From NCBI GenBank assembly GCA_023231475.1, contig JALJEE010002988.1, forward strand, positions 1 through 40,563: a stretch of DNA of 40,563 bases, read 5' to 3'. The DNA is from Seison nebaliae. Taxonomy: Eukaryota. Position numbers and translations under genes: made by a program. This document shows, one piece after another, positions 1 through 12,714 of this stretch. The notes below the pieces were generated by a model. It was not told the DNA's origin and searched no databases. It was given only the letters and a program-made list of their open reading frames with translations. Position 1 is the first letter of the stretch; each line of letters begins with the position of its first letter.

Positions 1-140
1 CTAAGTATGACTGTGGCTCGTACTTAGGATCGATCCAATGTATCTATAGGAGTCGTTTGGAGTCTGGATTTTTTTTTCCAAAATGTATAGAAGGATCGAT
101 CCTTTTCATTTAAGGATCATGGATCATTCCCCCAGCCCTA
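1..140. mobile_element. Probable end of a hAT-like DNA transposon/MITE
   Basis: Segment ends in ...CCCCCAGCCCTA (reverse complement TAGGGCTGGGG; TAGGG is a common hAT TIR start). Subterminal GGATCGATCC palindromes at 27-36 and 93-102 and further GGATC motifs. The other end is not in the window. Confidence 0.4.
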
Positions 141-510
141 AAAACCATTCTGTTATATATATATAACTGTGAGCAGTCTGTCAAACGGTGGGTCTACCGA
201 ATAGTCCCATCTATCATGGTTGGTTTACCAAATGCCGTTTCCCGAAAAAAATCTCTTACTTTGTCAAAGAAAGTAATGTCATGAAAATTTTACGTTAATT
301 TGTTTTATTAGAATTTTTTAGGTGAAAAGAAATTTTTATTTATTAGGACATTTCTGTCAATTGCCATCAATAATAATCGTTGATCGAAATAATAAGACTT
401 CCTTTAATTTGGAAAATCTTATTGAATATTATTGAAAACAGTTTCCAGAAATGATTCATATAAAATATTGAAAATATTCTTTATTCGAATTAGAAGAGAT
501 TACAGAATAT

Positions 511-1440
511 ATGGAATACAGAAATATAACGCAAAACCGTAGTGGTTACCAGAATATTCCCATCATAGTCGATAATTATTATGCTGCTGTATCTACTGTT
601 TGTTTCTCCGCGTTCAATTTATATCTATCCTATATTCTCTTGACGAGTAAATTGAAGAAGAAACTTCTTTACCAATATTGTTTGTTTATGACAATATTAG
701 ATATTACTGGATTGTTCACATACACCTTGAAAATTTTCATGAATATATTTCACCCTTCAAATCAAAACCAACTAATATTATGTCGAATAGAGAAATGCGG
801 TCAACTAATTGTTTATACGAACAACCTAAATGTTATTTGTTTATGTTCAATCCGATATCTAATGAAATTGTTCAAAGTTAACATTAAAGAAAAGAAACTC
901 ATTTGGAATCCTTATATACATTGTGGAATTATTTTAATTATCAGTTCACTTTCAATATTTCACTCATATTCAAAAATTCTTCCTCAAAAAATCGGTAAAT
1001 ATCATTTATGTCTGATTAATTTATATTTTGGAAAGAAAGATGTAATTCTCATTATCGTATGTTCAATTATCATTTTCGTATTGTCGTTAACAATTTTCGC
1101 CATTATTCTATTCAGATTACGAATAATTAACGGAATCAAATATTCAATCAAACAAAAAGGAAATATTTGCGAAGATCGAATAAAGGAGAAAAAACGACAA
1201 TTAATGATTGCTACTAGATTTACTTCAATAGTTACAATCTTTCTAATTCATGTGGCTGTTATTCTAACATTCTTCTTCATAATATTACAATCGAAGAAAA
1301 CAGGCACAGATAAGTTGAAACAAATATTTTTATTAGAAATTGGAACTATTCCCATGTATTTCAATTACATTAAATCTTATATCGTTCTATTGTTCCTCAA
1401 AGAATTTCGATTGATGATAAAAGAATTTTATTTGAAATGA
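511..1440 (+). CDS. Orphan 7TM rhodopsin-like GPCR / chemoreceptor-like protein (309 aa, intronless)
   Basis: About seven hydrophobic segments, N-terminal N-glycosylation sequons (NIT, NRS), Cys at the start of TM3 (LCRIEKC), DRY-like 'SIRY' after TM3, basic third intracellular loop, helix-8-like 'LKEFR'. AATAAA at ~1473. Confidence 0.65.
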   Translation: MEYRNITQNRSGYQNIPIIVDNYYAAVSTVCFSAFNLYLSYILLTSKLKKKLLYQYCLFMTILDITGLFTYTLKIFMNIFHPSNQNQLILCRIEKCGQLIVYTNNLNVICLCSIRYLMKLFKVNIKEKKLIWNPYIHCGIILIISSLSIFHSYSKILPQKIGKYHLCLINLYFGKKDVILIIVCSIIIFVLSLTIFAIILFRLRIINGIKYSIKQKGNICEDRIKEKKRQLMIATRFTSIVTIFLIHVAVILTFFFIILQSKKTGTDKLKQIFLLEIGTIPMYFNYIKSYIVLLFLKEFRLMIKEFYLK

Positions 1441-1866
1441 AATCTCTTATTTTATTTACATTTTTTTGTTTTAATAAAAAATATTCAAAACTTGTTAAAT
1501 GATCTGATTGATCAATTAATTTTACAAAAATCTTAAATTAGCAGAAAAAATGAAATTAAAATAAAATACAAATACGATCATGTTGTAGCCCTTAAAAATT
1601 GACTTTAGACATATATAAATTCGTCGTACAATATAAGATTTATGCATATATTAGATTAAATAATAAATTATTGTCAATGAAACATTTTTAGTTGAATTTG
1701 AGAAGAAATTTAGAGAGGAGCCAAAGTATAAACGAGACTCATTCATATGACTCTCCCCGAATTTGTACTAATTTTATTAGAGGTAAATAATTTTCGGTGA
1801 TTAAGAATTCGAAGAAAATTAATTTACAATTTTGAGAGAGTGATATTTTGGGAAAAAAATGAATAA

Positions 1867-2928
1867 TTAAATAGTTTCTTGCGACTCAATAATATGTTGG
1901 CATACTCGTTCAATTGTATCATTTAATACATTTTCACAATCCAAATCCACTTTACCATAATTACAACAATTCATACTTGAAGTAGGATCTGGATGATTGA
2001 TAATCGTCATATTGGGTGATTTGGGTTTTCTTTCCGCCAAGAATTCTTCGATTGGTTGAGAGATTTTACGTTGTAGAATTTGTACTTTTACGAATTGTTT
2101 CATATTTTTCGCCAACTTAAATAGTTCCTCGTTGATCTCCTCATCAATCTTCAACTTTTCGTTTTCATAATGAGCGAACAGTTCCAGACGATTTAGAGTG
2201 GACATCGTTGAAAATGTGAGGAAACTATCGAATTCTTTCAAAATTAATTTAGTCGTCTGATCTGAAAACGACGTGCTCTTAAAAAAATCTATATATTTCA
2301 TAATTTGAGAGAAATGAATGAAATAAAACTAACCGCACATGCAATGTGTCAGAAATGATATAATCACCGAGAGTTGATCATGTTGATGGAGTTTAGTTTG
2401 TGTGCGAGAATAACCATCAGAATAATCGATAGATTCATTTCGTTGGAAATTTTCCAATTTTATTTCTTTTCTCATTCGATTTCCCGTCATGTCAATCGTA
2501 CGTTTTCTTTGTTGTTCACGTCGTCCTTGAACAATCTGAAGTAATTTCTGAACTTGGAAATCATCATCTGACAACTTTTTCGGTTTTGATTTATTCTTCT
2601 CTTTCAATAAATTTGATCTTTTCTCTTCTTTTGGTGATTTTTTCACATTTTTCATTTCTTCCATATTATTTTCTTCCAAATTCTCTTCCTCAAATTCCTC
2701 CTCTTCACGATTCACCATTTCGTGACTCATTGGAAATGGTTCATAAGCTAATACTGAATTTGTTGTTGACGTTTGCATCTGATCAGTGTATTGAGCGAAT
2801 ATGTCATCATTTAAGAGAGCATCATTCATATCACATTCCATTGGGAAGACATCGACATTTGAAGAGAAATAAGAATCTGGCATACTCATCAAATTATCAT
2901 CATCATCACCGTCATCAAAACTCTTCAT
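1867..2928 (-). CDS. Hypothetical protein with acidic N-terminal region (2 exons; possible extra 5' exon from ATG 3018)
   Basis: ORFs 2329-2928 and 1867-2301 join in frame (…HCMC|DFFKS…) via a 45-nt GTTAGT…ATAG intron at 2289-2333. An upstream 47-nt GTTTAA…TTAG intron could add MKLLKYFFKIKIS in frame. No family recognised. Confidence 0.6.
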
Positions 2929-3106
2929 TATCTAAAAGAGAAAACAAATTAAATTTTCTTTAATAGAAAAAAATTAAACAGAAATTTTTATTTTAAAAAA
3001 ATATTTTAAAAGTTTCATAAAATTATTTCTTTATCGTATTGGAAATTCATTAGAATATTATTTTTATCAATAAAACATTCATATATTTATATTTCGATTA
3101 ATTTCG

Positions 3107-5503
3107 TTAACAAATATATAATTTTTCGTCACGTTTCCTTTTTATAACAACTGTGCCAGGACGATGTTGTGCTTCGGGATGATGAAGTAGTTCATTGGGA
3201 CAAGTTGAAACTTTTGAATTCAACAAAGTCGCTTTCATATCATAAAAAACAGCAGCGTCTTCTTGTGTTAAGAAAGTGACGGCAATTCCCGATTTACCAG
3301 CACGACCAGTACGTCCAATACGATGTGTATAAATCTCGATATTCTTCGCCATATCATAATTGACGACTAATGAAACGTCTTTTATATCGATTCCTCTTCC
3401 AGCCACATCAGTCGCCACAAGAATATCATATTGTTTATCTTTTAATTGTCTTAAAGCTGATTCACGAGATTCTTGAGCTTTACCTCCATGTAATGAGATT
3501 GCTCGATATTTCATCTCGTCCAATTTCTTACATAATTGATCGACTGTTCGTCGATGATTGACAAATATGATGATTGGAGGTTCATGAAATTGATTATCGA
3601 GAATCTCAAATAATTTCTTTCGTTTCAAATTTTCTGATGGCAACATATGAACAATCTGTTTTACTCGATCAGTCGGTTTACCAGCACTACCGATATAGAC
3701 GACAGCTGGACGTCTTAAATAATTTTTAGCTAATCGTTCAACCGATGCTGGCATGGTAGCAGTGAACATGACAGTTTGTCGAAATTTATTAATCGATTTA
3801 TAATTGCTAAGAAGATATTCGTTCGATTCAGCTGCATCTGTATCCATCTTCTGATTAGATAATGGTAAATGTTTAAGAATTGTTTGAACATCATTCTCAA
3901 AACCCATATCGATCATTCGATCAGCTTCATCCATAATTACATAAGTACATTGACTTAATACAAGATATCTTGCTTCCAACACATCCACTAAACGACCTGG
4001 TGTACCGATCACTATTTCACATCCAGTTCTTAATAAAATACTTTGTTCTTCACGACTCACTCCTCCGATGAGTGTAAGAGTGCGAATATTTAATGATTTA
4101 CCAAATTTCTCACATTCTTCTTCAATTTGTTGAGCTAATTCTCTTGCCGGTGCCAATATCAATGCAAACGGTCCTTTATCTGTACAATCTTCTTTCGCTT
4201 CATCTGGTAGGGAGCGAATCCATTCTAATAATGGAATGAGAAATGCTGCTGTTTTTCCTGATCCAGTTTCTGCTATTCCGATAATATCTCGATTATTCAA
4301 ACCGATTGGAATTGCTTGTTTTTGGATTGGTGTCGGTTCTTTATATCCAACATCTTTCACTATTTTCAATAAACTTTTACTAATGTCACTCTCTGGCCAA
4401 GTACGTATTGGATGAGGAACATTACCACCCTTTGTTGTTATTCCAAAATCTTCTTTGAATATTCTCCAATCACGTTCTTGCATCTCATCCAAATCTTTCT
4501 CTTTCCAATGTCGATCATCAAATGCATCTCGTTTTCTTTTTCTCTTCTCAATCTCTTTTCGTTCTGCTGCTCTACTTTTCTCTTCATCCGTTCGACGATC
4601 ATTCAACAAATCTTTATAAAAAGAAGTTGTCGAATTATTTTGATGTTTCATATCAATTCCTGCGATCTTACCTCGACCATTAAATTGAATGTGACGTTTA
4701 TTCGTATAAAATGGATTGAAATCATTACTTGTATCATCATTATCGTCCCATTGGAAAACGAATTTCTTCTCTAATTGTCTTTTTGCTCTTCGTTTTCGTT
4801 GAACATCTCCCAAATATCTTTCCTTCTTTATCTTCAATTCTCTCAATCGTTCTTCTTCTGAGAGAAGATTTATTAGACTTCCTTCTGTTTCTGTCAATTT
4901 TCTCAATTCATCTGGATTCATTGAAATTACATCGCTCGGTTTCAATTTATTCTTCAATGATGTCGTTTCAATATTATTTTTCGATGTTGTTGAAATGGAA
5001 CTCGTTAGTCCACCAGATGATTTCTTATCATCATCATCATCATTACCATCATTCCTACGTCGATGAGATGATGAATGATGATGATGATGATTCTTATGAT
5101 TATCATAACGATCATTATCTTCATCCTCATGATGACGATGATGATGTCGATAATGATGATGATGATGACGTTTATTTTCGTTGTGATGAGATTTCTTCTC
5201 ATGATCATTCGATTTCGTTTTTTCGACTTTACTTTGTGAATCTTTTATTTTATTTATCTCATTCGATTTTTCCTTTTCTCTTTCTTCTTTCGAAAGGAAT
5301 TGAGGACCATTTCCTTTGATGTTTGTCGAATTCGATTTCTTTAAATGAACAATATCACTAATAGAAAGATTGGATGCTCGTTCACTATTGTGTTTCTGTG
5401 CGAAATGATTAATGTCACATGTCTTCATCTTCTCAGTCATTTTTGGGAGAATTAGTTCATCATCCAAATCCTCCTCCTCCACAAAACTTACAACACCATT
5501 CAT
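3107..5503 (-). CDS. DDX23: Pre-mRNA splicing DEAD-box helicase DDX23/Prp28 (intronless; first ATG at 5503, ORF open to 5542)
   Basis: Q motif (GYKEPTPIQ), [12 protein letters not shown] (MDEADRM), TAT motif [24 protein letters not shown]. Prp28-specific KFVFQWD…[15 protein letters not shown]…[12 protein letters not shown] and C-terminal CP.EL..HPEAQ. Confidence 0.95.
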   Translation of the reverse strand: MNGVVSFVEEEDLDDELILPKMTEKMKTCDINHFAQKHNSERASNLSISDIVHLKKSNSTNIKGNGPQFLSKEEREKEKSNEINKIKDSQSKVEKTKSNDHEKKSHHNENKRHHHHHYRHHHRHHEDEDNDRYDNHKNHHHHHSSSHRRRNDGNDDDDDKKSSGGLTSSISTTSKNNIETTSLKNKLKPSDVISMNPDELRKLTETEGSLINLLSEEERLRELKIKKERYLGDVQRKRRAKRQLEKKFVFQWDDNDDTSNDFNPFYTNKRHIQFNGRGKIAGIDMKHQNNSTTSFYKDLLNDRRTDEEKSRAAERKEIEKRKRKRDAFDDRHWKEKDLDEMQERDWRIFKEDFGITTKGGNVPHPIRTWPESDISKSLLKIVKDVGYKEPTPIQKQAIPIGLNNRDIIGIAETGSGKTAAFLIPLLEWIRSLPDEAKEDCTDKGPFALILAPARELAQQIEEECEKFGKSLNIRTLTLIGGVSREEQSILLRTGCEIVIGTPGRLVDVLEARYLVLSQCTYVIMDEADRMIDMGFENDVQTILKHLPLSNQKMDTDAAESNEYLLSNYKSINKFRQTVMFTATMPASVERLAKNYLRRPAVVYIGSAGKPTDRVKQIVHMLPSENLKRKKLFEILDNQFHEPPIIIFVNHRRTVDQLCKKLDEMKYRAISLHGGKAQESRESALRQLKDKQYDILVATDVAGRGIDIKDVSLVVNYDMAKNIEIYTHRIGRTGRAGKSGIAVTFLTQEDAAVFYDMKATLLNSKVSTCPNELLHHPEAQHRPGTVVIKRKRDEKLYIC

Positions 5504-5830
5504 TTTAATTGATGAATTTGATAATATTTCAATTTCGTTCACCTATCGATTTCACTTATATTCATTCACGGCTTCTTTTTTAAAATATAATTTTCCCTCA
5601 TTTTCAATTTCGTTTTCATTTAATTCAAATAATTAATGTCCATTGTCCTTTAGTAACTTCACCATTCAAATTTACATTAGGTGTCCTTTCTTTACATTAT
5701 GGTCGTTTTTCTTTAACTTATTTCACAAGTATTTTCTTCTGTAATAATATGGTAAATGATAAATTATTTTATTGGGGAAAATGGAGAATTTAATGAAAGA
5801 ATTAAAATGGTATTAGTTTTGAAATTCAAA

Positions 5831-6121
5831 TTAAATGCCATATCGAAACAATTTTCGGAAATCACGCCAGAATAAAATTTTCCTTCTCGCCATATTCATG
5901 CGACCAGTGGGATTATTCCAAAATTTTTTTGTATAAATTGGATTGGATCTATAAGGCGATCTGAATAATTTCCTATCATACATTTGATCCTTATCAAACT
6001 TCCCATCATTTCTCATGATATTCTCATATTGATTATACCAATATTGGTCACTCACATATAAATGATGTTGTTCATATAACTCGATGAGTAAGATGAACAT
6101 CAAACTTTGAAAAATTTTCAT
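5831..6121 (-). CDS. Putative small secreted peptide (96 aa), Tyr/Trp/Arg-rich
   Basis: ATG start, hydrophobic signal-like N-terminus (MKIFQSLMFILLIEL), cationic aromatic C-terminus; similar layout to ORF 13943-14182. Confidence 0.55.
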   Translation of the reverse strand: MKIFQSLMFILLIELYEQHHLYVSDQYWYNQYENIMRNDGKFDKDQMYDRKLFRSPYRSNPIYTKKFWNNPTGRMNMARRKILFWRDFRKLFRYGI

Positions 6122-6510
6122 TTCTTACAACTCTTTTAATTTCTCTTTATCATTATAATATTAATGTTCGTCTAACTTCTTATTTATCATCATTATCTGG
6201 TTTTCGCGCTAGATTCTAGAAACATCTTGTGAATTCTATTCTTATATTTCCTATTATGTAAATTCAACTTCCTTATAAAGGATTTTCTAGTTTAATAATT
6301 TTAACTTCTTTCAGTTTTCTTCTTTTGACAATTTCAATCTATTTTATTGAAATAAGAAATTGAAGAAAGTTACGTATTCTACATATAGAATAATTTACTT
6401 TATTGTTGAGTGAAATATAGTGTAAAGAATAGACAATAATCATGTGGTACAAATGTCGAATGAATAAAAAAAAGAATGAATATAAATATAAAACGGATAA
6501 TATTTTGTTT

Positions 6511-8153
6511 CTACTTAAAATCGAACTTAAAATTATCAAACTCTTTTTTGAGTAAAGTGAAGAGATGCATAAACTTCTCTGCATCGAACCAATCGAAGAA
6601 TCCGAAATTCACCGGTGAACAATCACCATGCCGATCTATTTGGAATTTTTGCACCATAATATTATTCTGCTTCGCTTGTTGGACCATTGACGTCTTTCCT
6701 AACAGAATATCAGCGTGTAATCGTTCACTGCCACAAACGGCATAAGTCGTATCATGTTGACCTCTCAAATTTTTTTGAATTAGCTCCGCTAGAATATTCG
6801 CCATTTCTGCAGTGTCCTCAGTAGTCGGAACGGATTTTTCGATTTTTTTATATTTCTTATCATCTCTCCGATAAAGATAAATGATACATTGATCGGTTCG
6901 TTCATTGGCAAAAATGAGATTTTTACTTGGAATCTTTCCAAACGATTGATTGAGAATGTTGAGAAGTACGTCGCCAATATGAACCCGAAGAAACGCTTTC
7001 AATCTTTTCTTCATTACACCATATGATGGTTTGTTACTGTTATTATTCATATTCATGTTGTTGTTATCCATTTGGATAAGATTTTTCTCCATCAACAATT
7101 TCTTTTCAATTTGATTCTCATTAGCAATTCCATCGATTAATAGTTTGTCTTCGACATCTGATTCTGGGAAAACATTATCTTCGATTATTTCTGATGTCAA
7201 CTTCTCATCAATACTAATTTCAACATTATTCTCATTCAAAATTGAATTGGATTCTTCACTTTCTTTAATTAATTCTTTTTCTTCACAATTCTCTTCATCA
7301 TCAGATGATAATGAATATCGATCATTATGAACATTGTCATTTTTTCCTATTTCTTTTACTTCTTTCAAATCCTTCCCCAAATTATCAACTAATGTTGACG
7401 AGTTGTTATCATCATTCTCTTCAACAATCTCTTGAACTTTCGGAGTATTCATCGATTTAATTAAATTGATAAAATCGAAATTTCCATTTTCTTTACCGTT
7501 TAACGAGATATTGGCAATTTCACTATTTTTATCGAATATCGAATGATAAACTTCTGTTAACATTTTCGTTGCACTTTCATTCTCATCTTTATCTTTCTCG
7601 ATACATTCAACATGATGACTTGAAGTAAAAATCATTTGAATTAACATTTTATAATTATTCTTAACCTTTCTATATCGATGACAACAATTCCATATTTTTG
7701 AACTTTCTCATTAACATGATACTGCAATGGTGATAGAAAGAAATTGAAGTAGAAAAATGTGTAACTTTTACACTTCTCTTTACTTCATTCCAACAGGAAC
7801 GATTTAATAAATTTGTTGATGTTTCATTATAAGTGAAAAGTTTCTGAAAAGGAATTTCCTTTAATTCTTTCGATATATGTGATCGAATCATGTTTCTTAA
7901 GAATTCACTCGTCTGTTGAACGCTTGAAAGATTCTTTATTTTATTGTTGATTCGATAATGAACATCGCAACTCAATTTGAGAATACCACCATAATCATTA
8001 TAAATCTTTTATAGAAAAATCATCAGTTAGAATTTATTTAATAAAAATTCTTCTAACAATCACATTAGCAACTTCGAGCAATTTCTCCGATTCATCATAA
8101 GTCACAATCTCGTCGACGAATGGCAATCGATATGTGTAACCGGATTCGATCAT
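6511..8153 (-). CDS. Hypothetical protein, 4 exons, central acidic low-complexity region and globular-looking C-terminal domain
   Basis: ORFs joined in frame by introns 8006-8057 (GTTAGA…AAG), 7722-7765 (GTTACA…CAG) and 7619-7665 (GTTAAG…AAG). Start ATG at 8153 is uncertain. No family recognised. Confidence 0.65.
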
Positions 8154-8879
8154 ATCTTTTTGAAGAATGCCCAGACGAAAGCGAATAGCCTTTTCACTTG
8201 TTTTAATCTTCTTCAATTATTAACGGAGTTTCATTTCATCGAATCAGATGAAAAAAGGGGAAAGGGAAGTTGAAGGAGAAAAGGAAAATAGAAACAAAAC
8301 TTTCAATACGAAAAATATTGAAATTGGAAACGTAACAAATGTAATTAGAGTGACAATTGAAATGAAGAGCGATTCTATAAATGTATGATCTCGACCCATA
8401 ACCACTATACGATGCAACACTTATTATTATATCATATCAATACAAGTGATAACAATTCTTCTCAACATCTCTATCTGGATGATAGAAACTTTTGAAACTA
8501 TTCAAAGTATAAATGCTCTTATAATGTCCTCTTTCATTCTTCTCAAATTGATTTTCTTTCGTCTGTTCCTTCTTCATTTAAATTTCAATCAATTCAATGT
8601 TCAGTTGTTCAATGGTTGATAATTTTAATTCAATAATTTATTGTAAGTGTAAGCTAAAAATTTGTTCATTATCTTCTTCATAGTAGTTAAATAGGCAGAC
8701 TGTGTCGGACAATAAATCTAAGTTCTAACTATGACTACAGAACTCCTACAACCATAATTAGAAACTTATTGCTTATATTCGGAAAATAATCATGAATCAT
8801 ATTTCCTCATAACTGCTCTTTAATTAATAGAATTTTTACTCACATATCAGTATGAGATATCTGGTATTTTAGTGGAAAT

Positions 8880-9310
8880 AGTTATGGTTAGAGGTAACTA
8901 TAGACTCTATAGTATAGAGATAATTACAGAGGCAAATATAGAGACAACTACAGACGTAATTAGAAAAGTTATAATCAAGGAATGAATAGAGGTAATAGAA
9001 ATTTCCGAGGCAATAGAGGCCGAGGAAGAGATTCTGGAGTGAATGGCCAGGAGGAATATCCTTCCTTCATATCAACGAGCACAAATGTATTTAGTCGACC
9101 CTCACGACCCGGTAGAAGAGTTAGAAGAACACCAACGAGAAGTAGAACAGAGGTCTCTCAATCACATAGGACAGTATAGAAACCCAAAAAGCCTAATGGT
9201 AAGCCTCCCCACAAACGGTACACTTGTAAACTATCTAGTGGATACAGGTGCCTCCGTGTCAGTAATACCACAAAAAATTGCCAACGAAATAGGACTACGA
9301 CTAAATCACA
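8880..9310 (+). mobile_element. Ty3/gypsy-like gag C-terminus plus aspartic protease fragment (decayed)
   Basis: RG-rich segment (NRGNRNFRGNRGRGR) followed in the +1 frame by the retropepsin motif YLVDTGASVSVIP; truncated after ~9310. Confidence 0.7.
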
Positions 9311-9830
9311 CAATAGGAGCTTTGGTGGAATTAATGCCTATTAACGTACTGGCATAGGACATCTTATCTTTCGAGTTGTAATTTGTCTTTGACGAACTAT
9401 TTTGGAGCACTGGAATGTTCCACTCTTTTGTGACACTCTTATCTGTAATCGATTTCACCATTTCCATTAAACCATCATGAACCGTAATGTTCTCTGCAAT
9501 CTTCTTATTGATATTACGAATTCTCTCCGATATTGTCACCACGTTTTCACCAAGAATTTTCATTTCTTTTTTGAGCTGCACATTTTCCTCCAGAATATGG
9601 TTCAATTTTAACTCAATTTACACAAGTTCTCTCTTCTCGATTGAGCGCGTAAAATCAAATTCTGGTTTCGTACACAATATTTTTAGAGTGGACGGGGTGA
9701 TGTTATTATTAGAACCAGGTGATCTTCTCCATGATCTTTTGTTAATTGAATCACTATCGCCAGTGGGAGGATTATTATTCTGTACGAGCGGACAGACTTG
9801 ATTGGATGTACCTTTACTTTGATCACTCAT
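9306..9830 (-). pseudogene. gag-like coiled-coil ORF of a retroelement, interrupted by one in-frame stop (9618-9620)
   Basis: ORFs 9618-9830 and 9306-9605 share a frame; coiled-coil heptads followed by an 'SYAS' motif; lies downstream of the putative LTR/PBS on the same strand. Confidence 0.45.
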
Positions 9831-9990
9831 TTTTTCCCTTTCCGAATGAAATCTTTTTTTTGAAAATATAGATTCTATATATCAAATTCTATATATAGAG
9901 CTCTTCTATATGAACAGTCGGTTTTGTTCCTTTGATAAACATACTGAAGATAATAGTAGATTTATTTCATCAGTTTCCATGTTTTAGCCA

Positions 9991-10226
9991 TGTGACAAAA
10001 CAGCCAACAAAGGAGCTATCACAGTTAGAAATTGTAAGTAGTACTACAGGAAGCGTGACGTGACGTGAGTAAATGAGTGGTTCTCTTAACGTAAATTTAT
10101 TTGTGATAAAAATGAAATGATGATACTGATTTTAACGTTTACTTCCTTATTGCCTCATAAGTCTAACTATAAACACATAACTTCTTGAATTATATTCAAG
10201 ATCACAATCGTATGTTTATCGTCACA
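9991..10226 (-). mobile_element. Putative 236-bp LTR with adjacent PBS-like TGG
   Basis: Bounded by inverted TGTGAC…GTCACA. On the minus strand it contains AATAAA (10096-10101) and is immediately followed by TGGCTAAAAC… (9990 downward), then the gag-like ORF. Confidence 0.5.
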
Positions 10227-10369
10227 TATATGAAATGTTCTAGTTTGTAACAGGAGCCACAGACAAAGGAGCAATGGACAAAAGAACCATAAAATAGTTT
10301 TTATTATATTTTATTTCAATTTCTAGCTTTATTTAAAACCAGAACATGAACTTAAATGTGCCGAAAAAT

Positions 10370-10490
10370 ATATCTATTGCTTAGCAAACAATGTTACGCC
10401 CATTCTTATGGAACAAAAAGATTTGATTTTTCAACAAGATAATGCGCGTCCACATGTTGCTAAAATCACCAAACAATATAGGGAACGGTT
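10370..10490 (+). mobile_element. Tc1/mariner transposase fragment
   Basis: LIFQQDNARPHVAKITK, the second catalytic Asp motif of Tc1-family transposases. Confidence 0.75.
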
Positions 10491-11700
10491 GAATTATAAA
10501 GTGATAAAGTCTAATCGAAAAAATAAAATGCTACTATATAAAGAATATACCTATTATAAAATACATTCATATCCGAGCGGAAAATCGAATTGGGTTTGCA
10601 TAAAATAAATAAATAAATATAAAGCAAATGCGAAATGCTTGACAACTATGGTTCTGGACGACAACAACCAAATACTTCGAGACAATTCCGAAAAGCACAA
10701 TCACCCAACTATTCCAAATAAAATCGAAAGCAGAAAAATTGTCGGACAACTGCAAATGGCATGTGCAATACCTGGAATTACCATTTCAGCAGTAATTGGC
10801 ACGACATTAGGACGAAGCAGTCAACAAATTCACGAAACTTTTTCCTGTCTGAAAAGTATCCAACGACGGGTGCGGAAAATGCGGAACAATAAGGCGAATT
10901 TCGCAATTTATTTTGTATATCAATTTAAATTTTTGTAAATTTTATCAAAGAACAAAATTTTCAAGAAATTCATATTTATGCGGACGACACCTTCGATAAG
11001 GCACCGAAAGATTTCAACCAATTATACGTTTTATCCATTCAAATTAATGGATACTTCATTGAACTTTTTTTCGCCACAATGAAAAATAGAAAAAAAGAAA
11101 CTTACAAAAAACTTTTTCAGGTGGTAAGTGCTTTTTCCACCTAAATCAATCAGTAATACGGAAGGTGACCGAAAAAGGAAAAAGGAAAAGATATTTGGAG
11201 GACAGTAATTTCAAAAGACAAATTAAGTTACTGTCGGCATTGTCCTATGTTCCGCCAAGAGACATTGCGACAACTTTTCATAAAATTTGCGAGGATCTCG
11301 TGGACATCGACGTGACTGAAATATATCAATATTTTGAAAACACCTTCGGTAATATCGAACAACACCAATATCGGTATTGTTAATCCTCTCATGCCGATAA
11401 ATGCGACTTATCCTCTAAAATTGTGGTCAAACTATTCCAGAGTATGCAAGGTTTGCCACGAACAACGGTGGGGAAGGAAACAACAATGCTTTAAAACACT
11501 TGATGCCGTGCACGCATACATCCTTAGTTCGGCTGAAATCCAATATTAGAGAAAGTATGAATTATAATAATATAAAATTAACCAACATTGTGAATGGAAA
11601 AACAGCGAGAATAAAGATGGAAGAAGCAGAAAAAGAAAATTGGATTCGTGAAAACGTTTCCCGTTACGAAGAGCATCTATCAAAAACTTATATTGAATAA
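10490..11700 (+). mobile_element. Decayed MULE (Mutator-like) transposase with FLYWCH-type zinc finger
   Basis: KSNRKNKMLLYKEYTY…NWVC…KCL…HNHP (FLYWCH-like), 'ADDTFDKAPKDFNQLY' (DGTF motif), LSALSYVP, YFENT, YPLKLWSNY; many frameshifts and stops. Confidence 0.8.
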
Positions 11701-12560
11701 TTTTTACGATTTCCGGAATAATTTTTCCGAAAATATTAAATTTTATTACGTTGAAGACGTATTTCACTTTATCGAGTGGAATAAAAGAAAGATACATTAA
11801 ATTTCGAATTTCTTTTCTGAACTGTTTGTTGGTATTATATTTAGTTCTCATCTCAGAACTCCCCACTTTTCTTACGATGCTTTGGCAGAGGTGGAAATAA
11901 CACCCGTGGATAGATGCTGTAGGAAACAATGCCTCCAATGCGCTTATTGCGCCTAACTCAAAATCTAATGAGAAAGAAAGAGGTTTTATTTTTAACTTAT
12001 CCTTCATTATCCGAAACGCCTCTATATACGTTTCCTTTCTTTTGTTTTCCATCACCAGAAAAAATGAAAATATTAATCGATCATTCATTAAAATTCCAAT
12101 GACGTATAATTGATAGAAATTTTAGAGACATTTCGTAAACGTTCCATCCGTAAAGTAATGTTTGTTTTGCAAATGTTCTTCATCCACGTCAGACATGAAA
12201 AACAAAAGAAAATCTTCTTTTTCTACCGAAAAGTTGTAAATATCTTTTTTCCTGTCTTCGGCTCGATATCTTCGAACATTTCGTTTTTCCGAACTAAATC
12301 GTCGGTTTTCCTGCGGAACTATATTCGTTTCGCCTTCTTTTCTCATCTCATTTAATTCTTTTAATTGTTTTATTTTGTCGGCTGAGTTATTTAGATGATT
12401 ATGAATTACATTTCTCATCCAGATAGTTCGACCATCGAGCGTTATCGATGCCTTACATTTTGTGTTATATGATTGCCAACAACTGAAAATTTCCTTTCTC
12501 GATTCGTATTTTTTTCTGGAATAAAATAAATTCGTTTCGAATCGACAATCTTTCATTGTG
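11700..12560 (-). mobile_element. Decayed MULE transposase (second, divergent copy, opposite strand)
   Basis: KCKASITL…HNH, TDGTFTKC, SLDFELGAISALEALFP.ASIHGCYFHLCQSI.RK (MULE CxxH signature). Confidence 0.85.
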
Positions 12561-12714
12561 AACTTTCATGCTATTAATTCTTTTCATAATTATATCCATT
12601 CGACCTAATAGGGACGCCATTTCAGTCTCAATTATATTCTGTATATCTTGTATCTCAATGTGTATCTTTTTTTTTCTCAAGTGTCAAAAACTTTTTTCTT
12701 GAATTCTTCAACAA

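Noticed and set aside
4412..5319. Plus-strand ORFs with His/Asp runs (120 and 196 aa)
   Set aside because: Antisense shadows of the DDX23 low-complexity region.
9618..9620. In-frame TAA as programmed readthrough or a variant genetic code
   Set aside because: Lies in a decayed retroelement; intact genes use TAA, TAG and TGA as normal stops.
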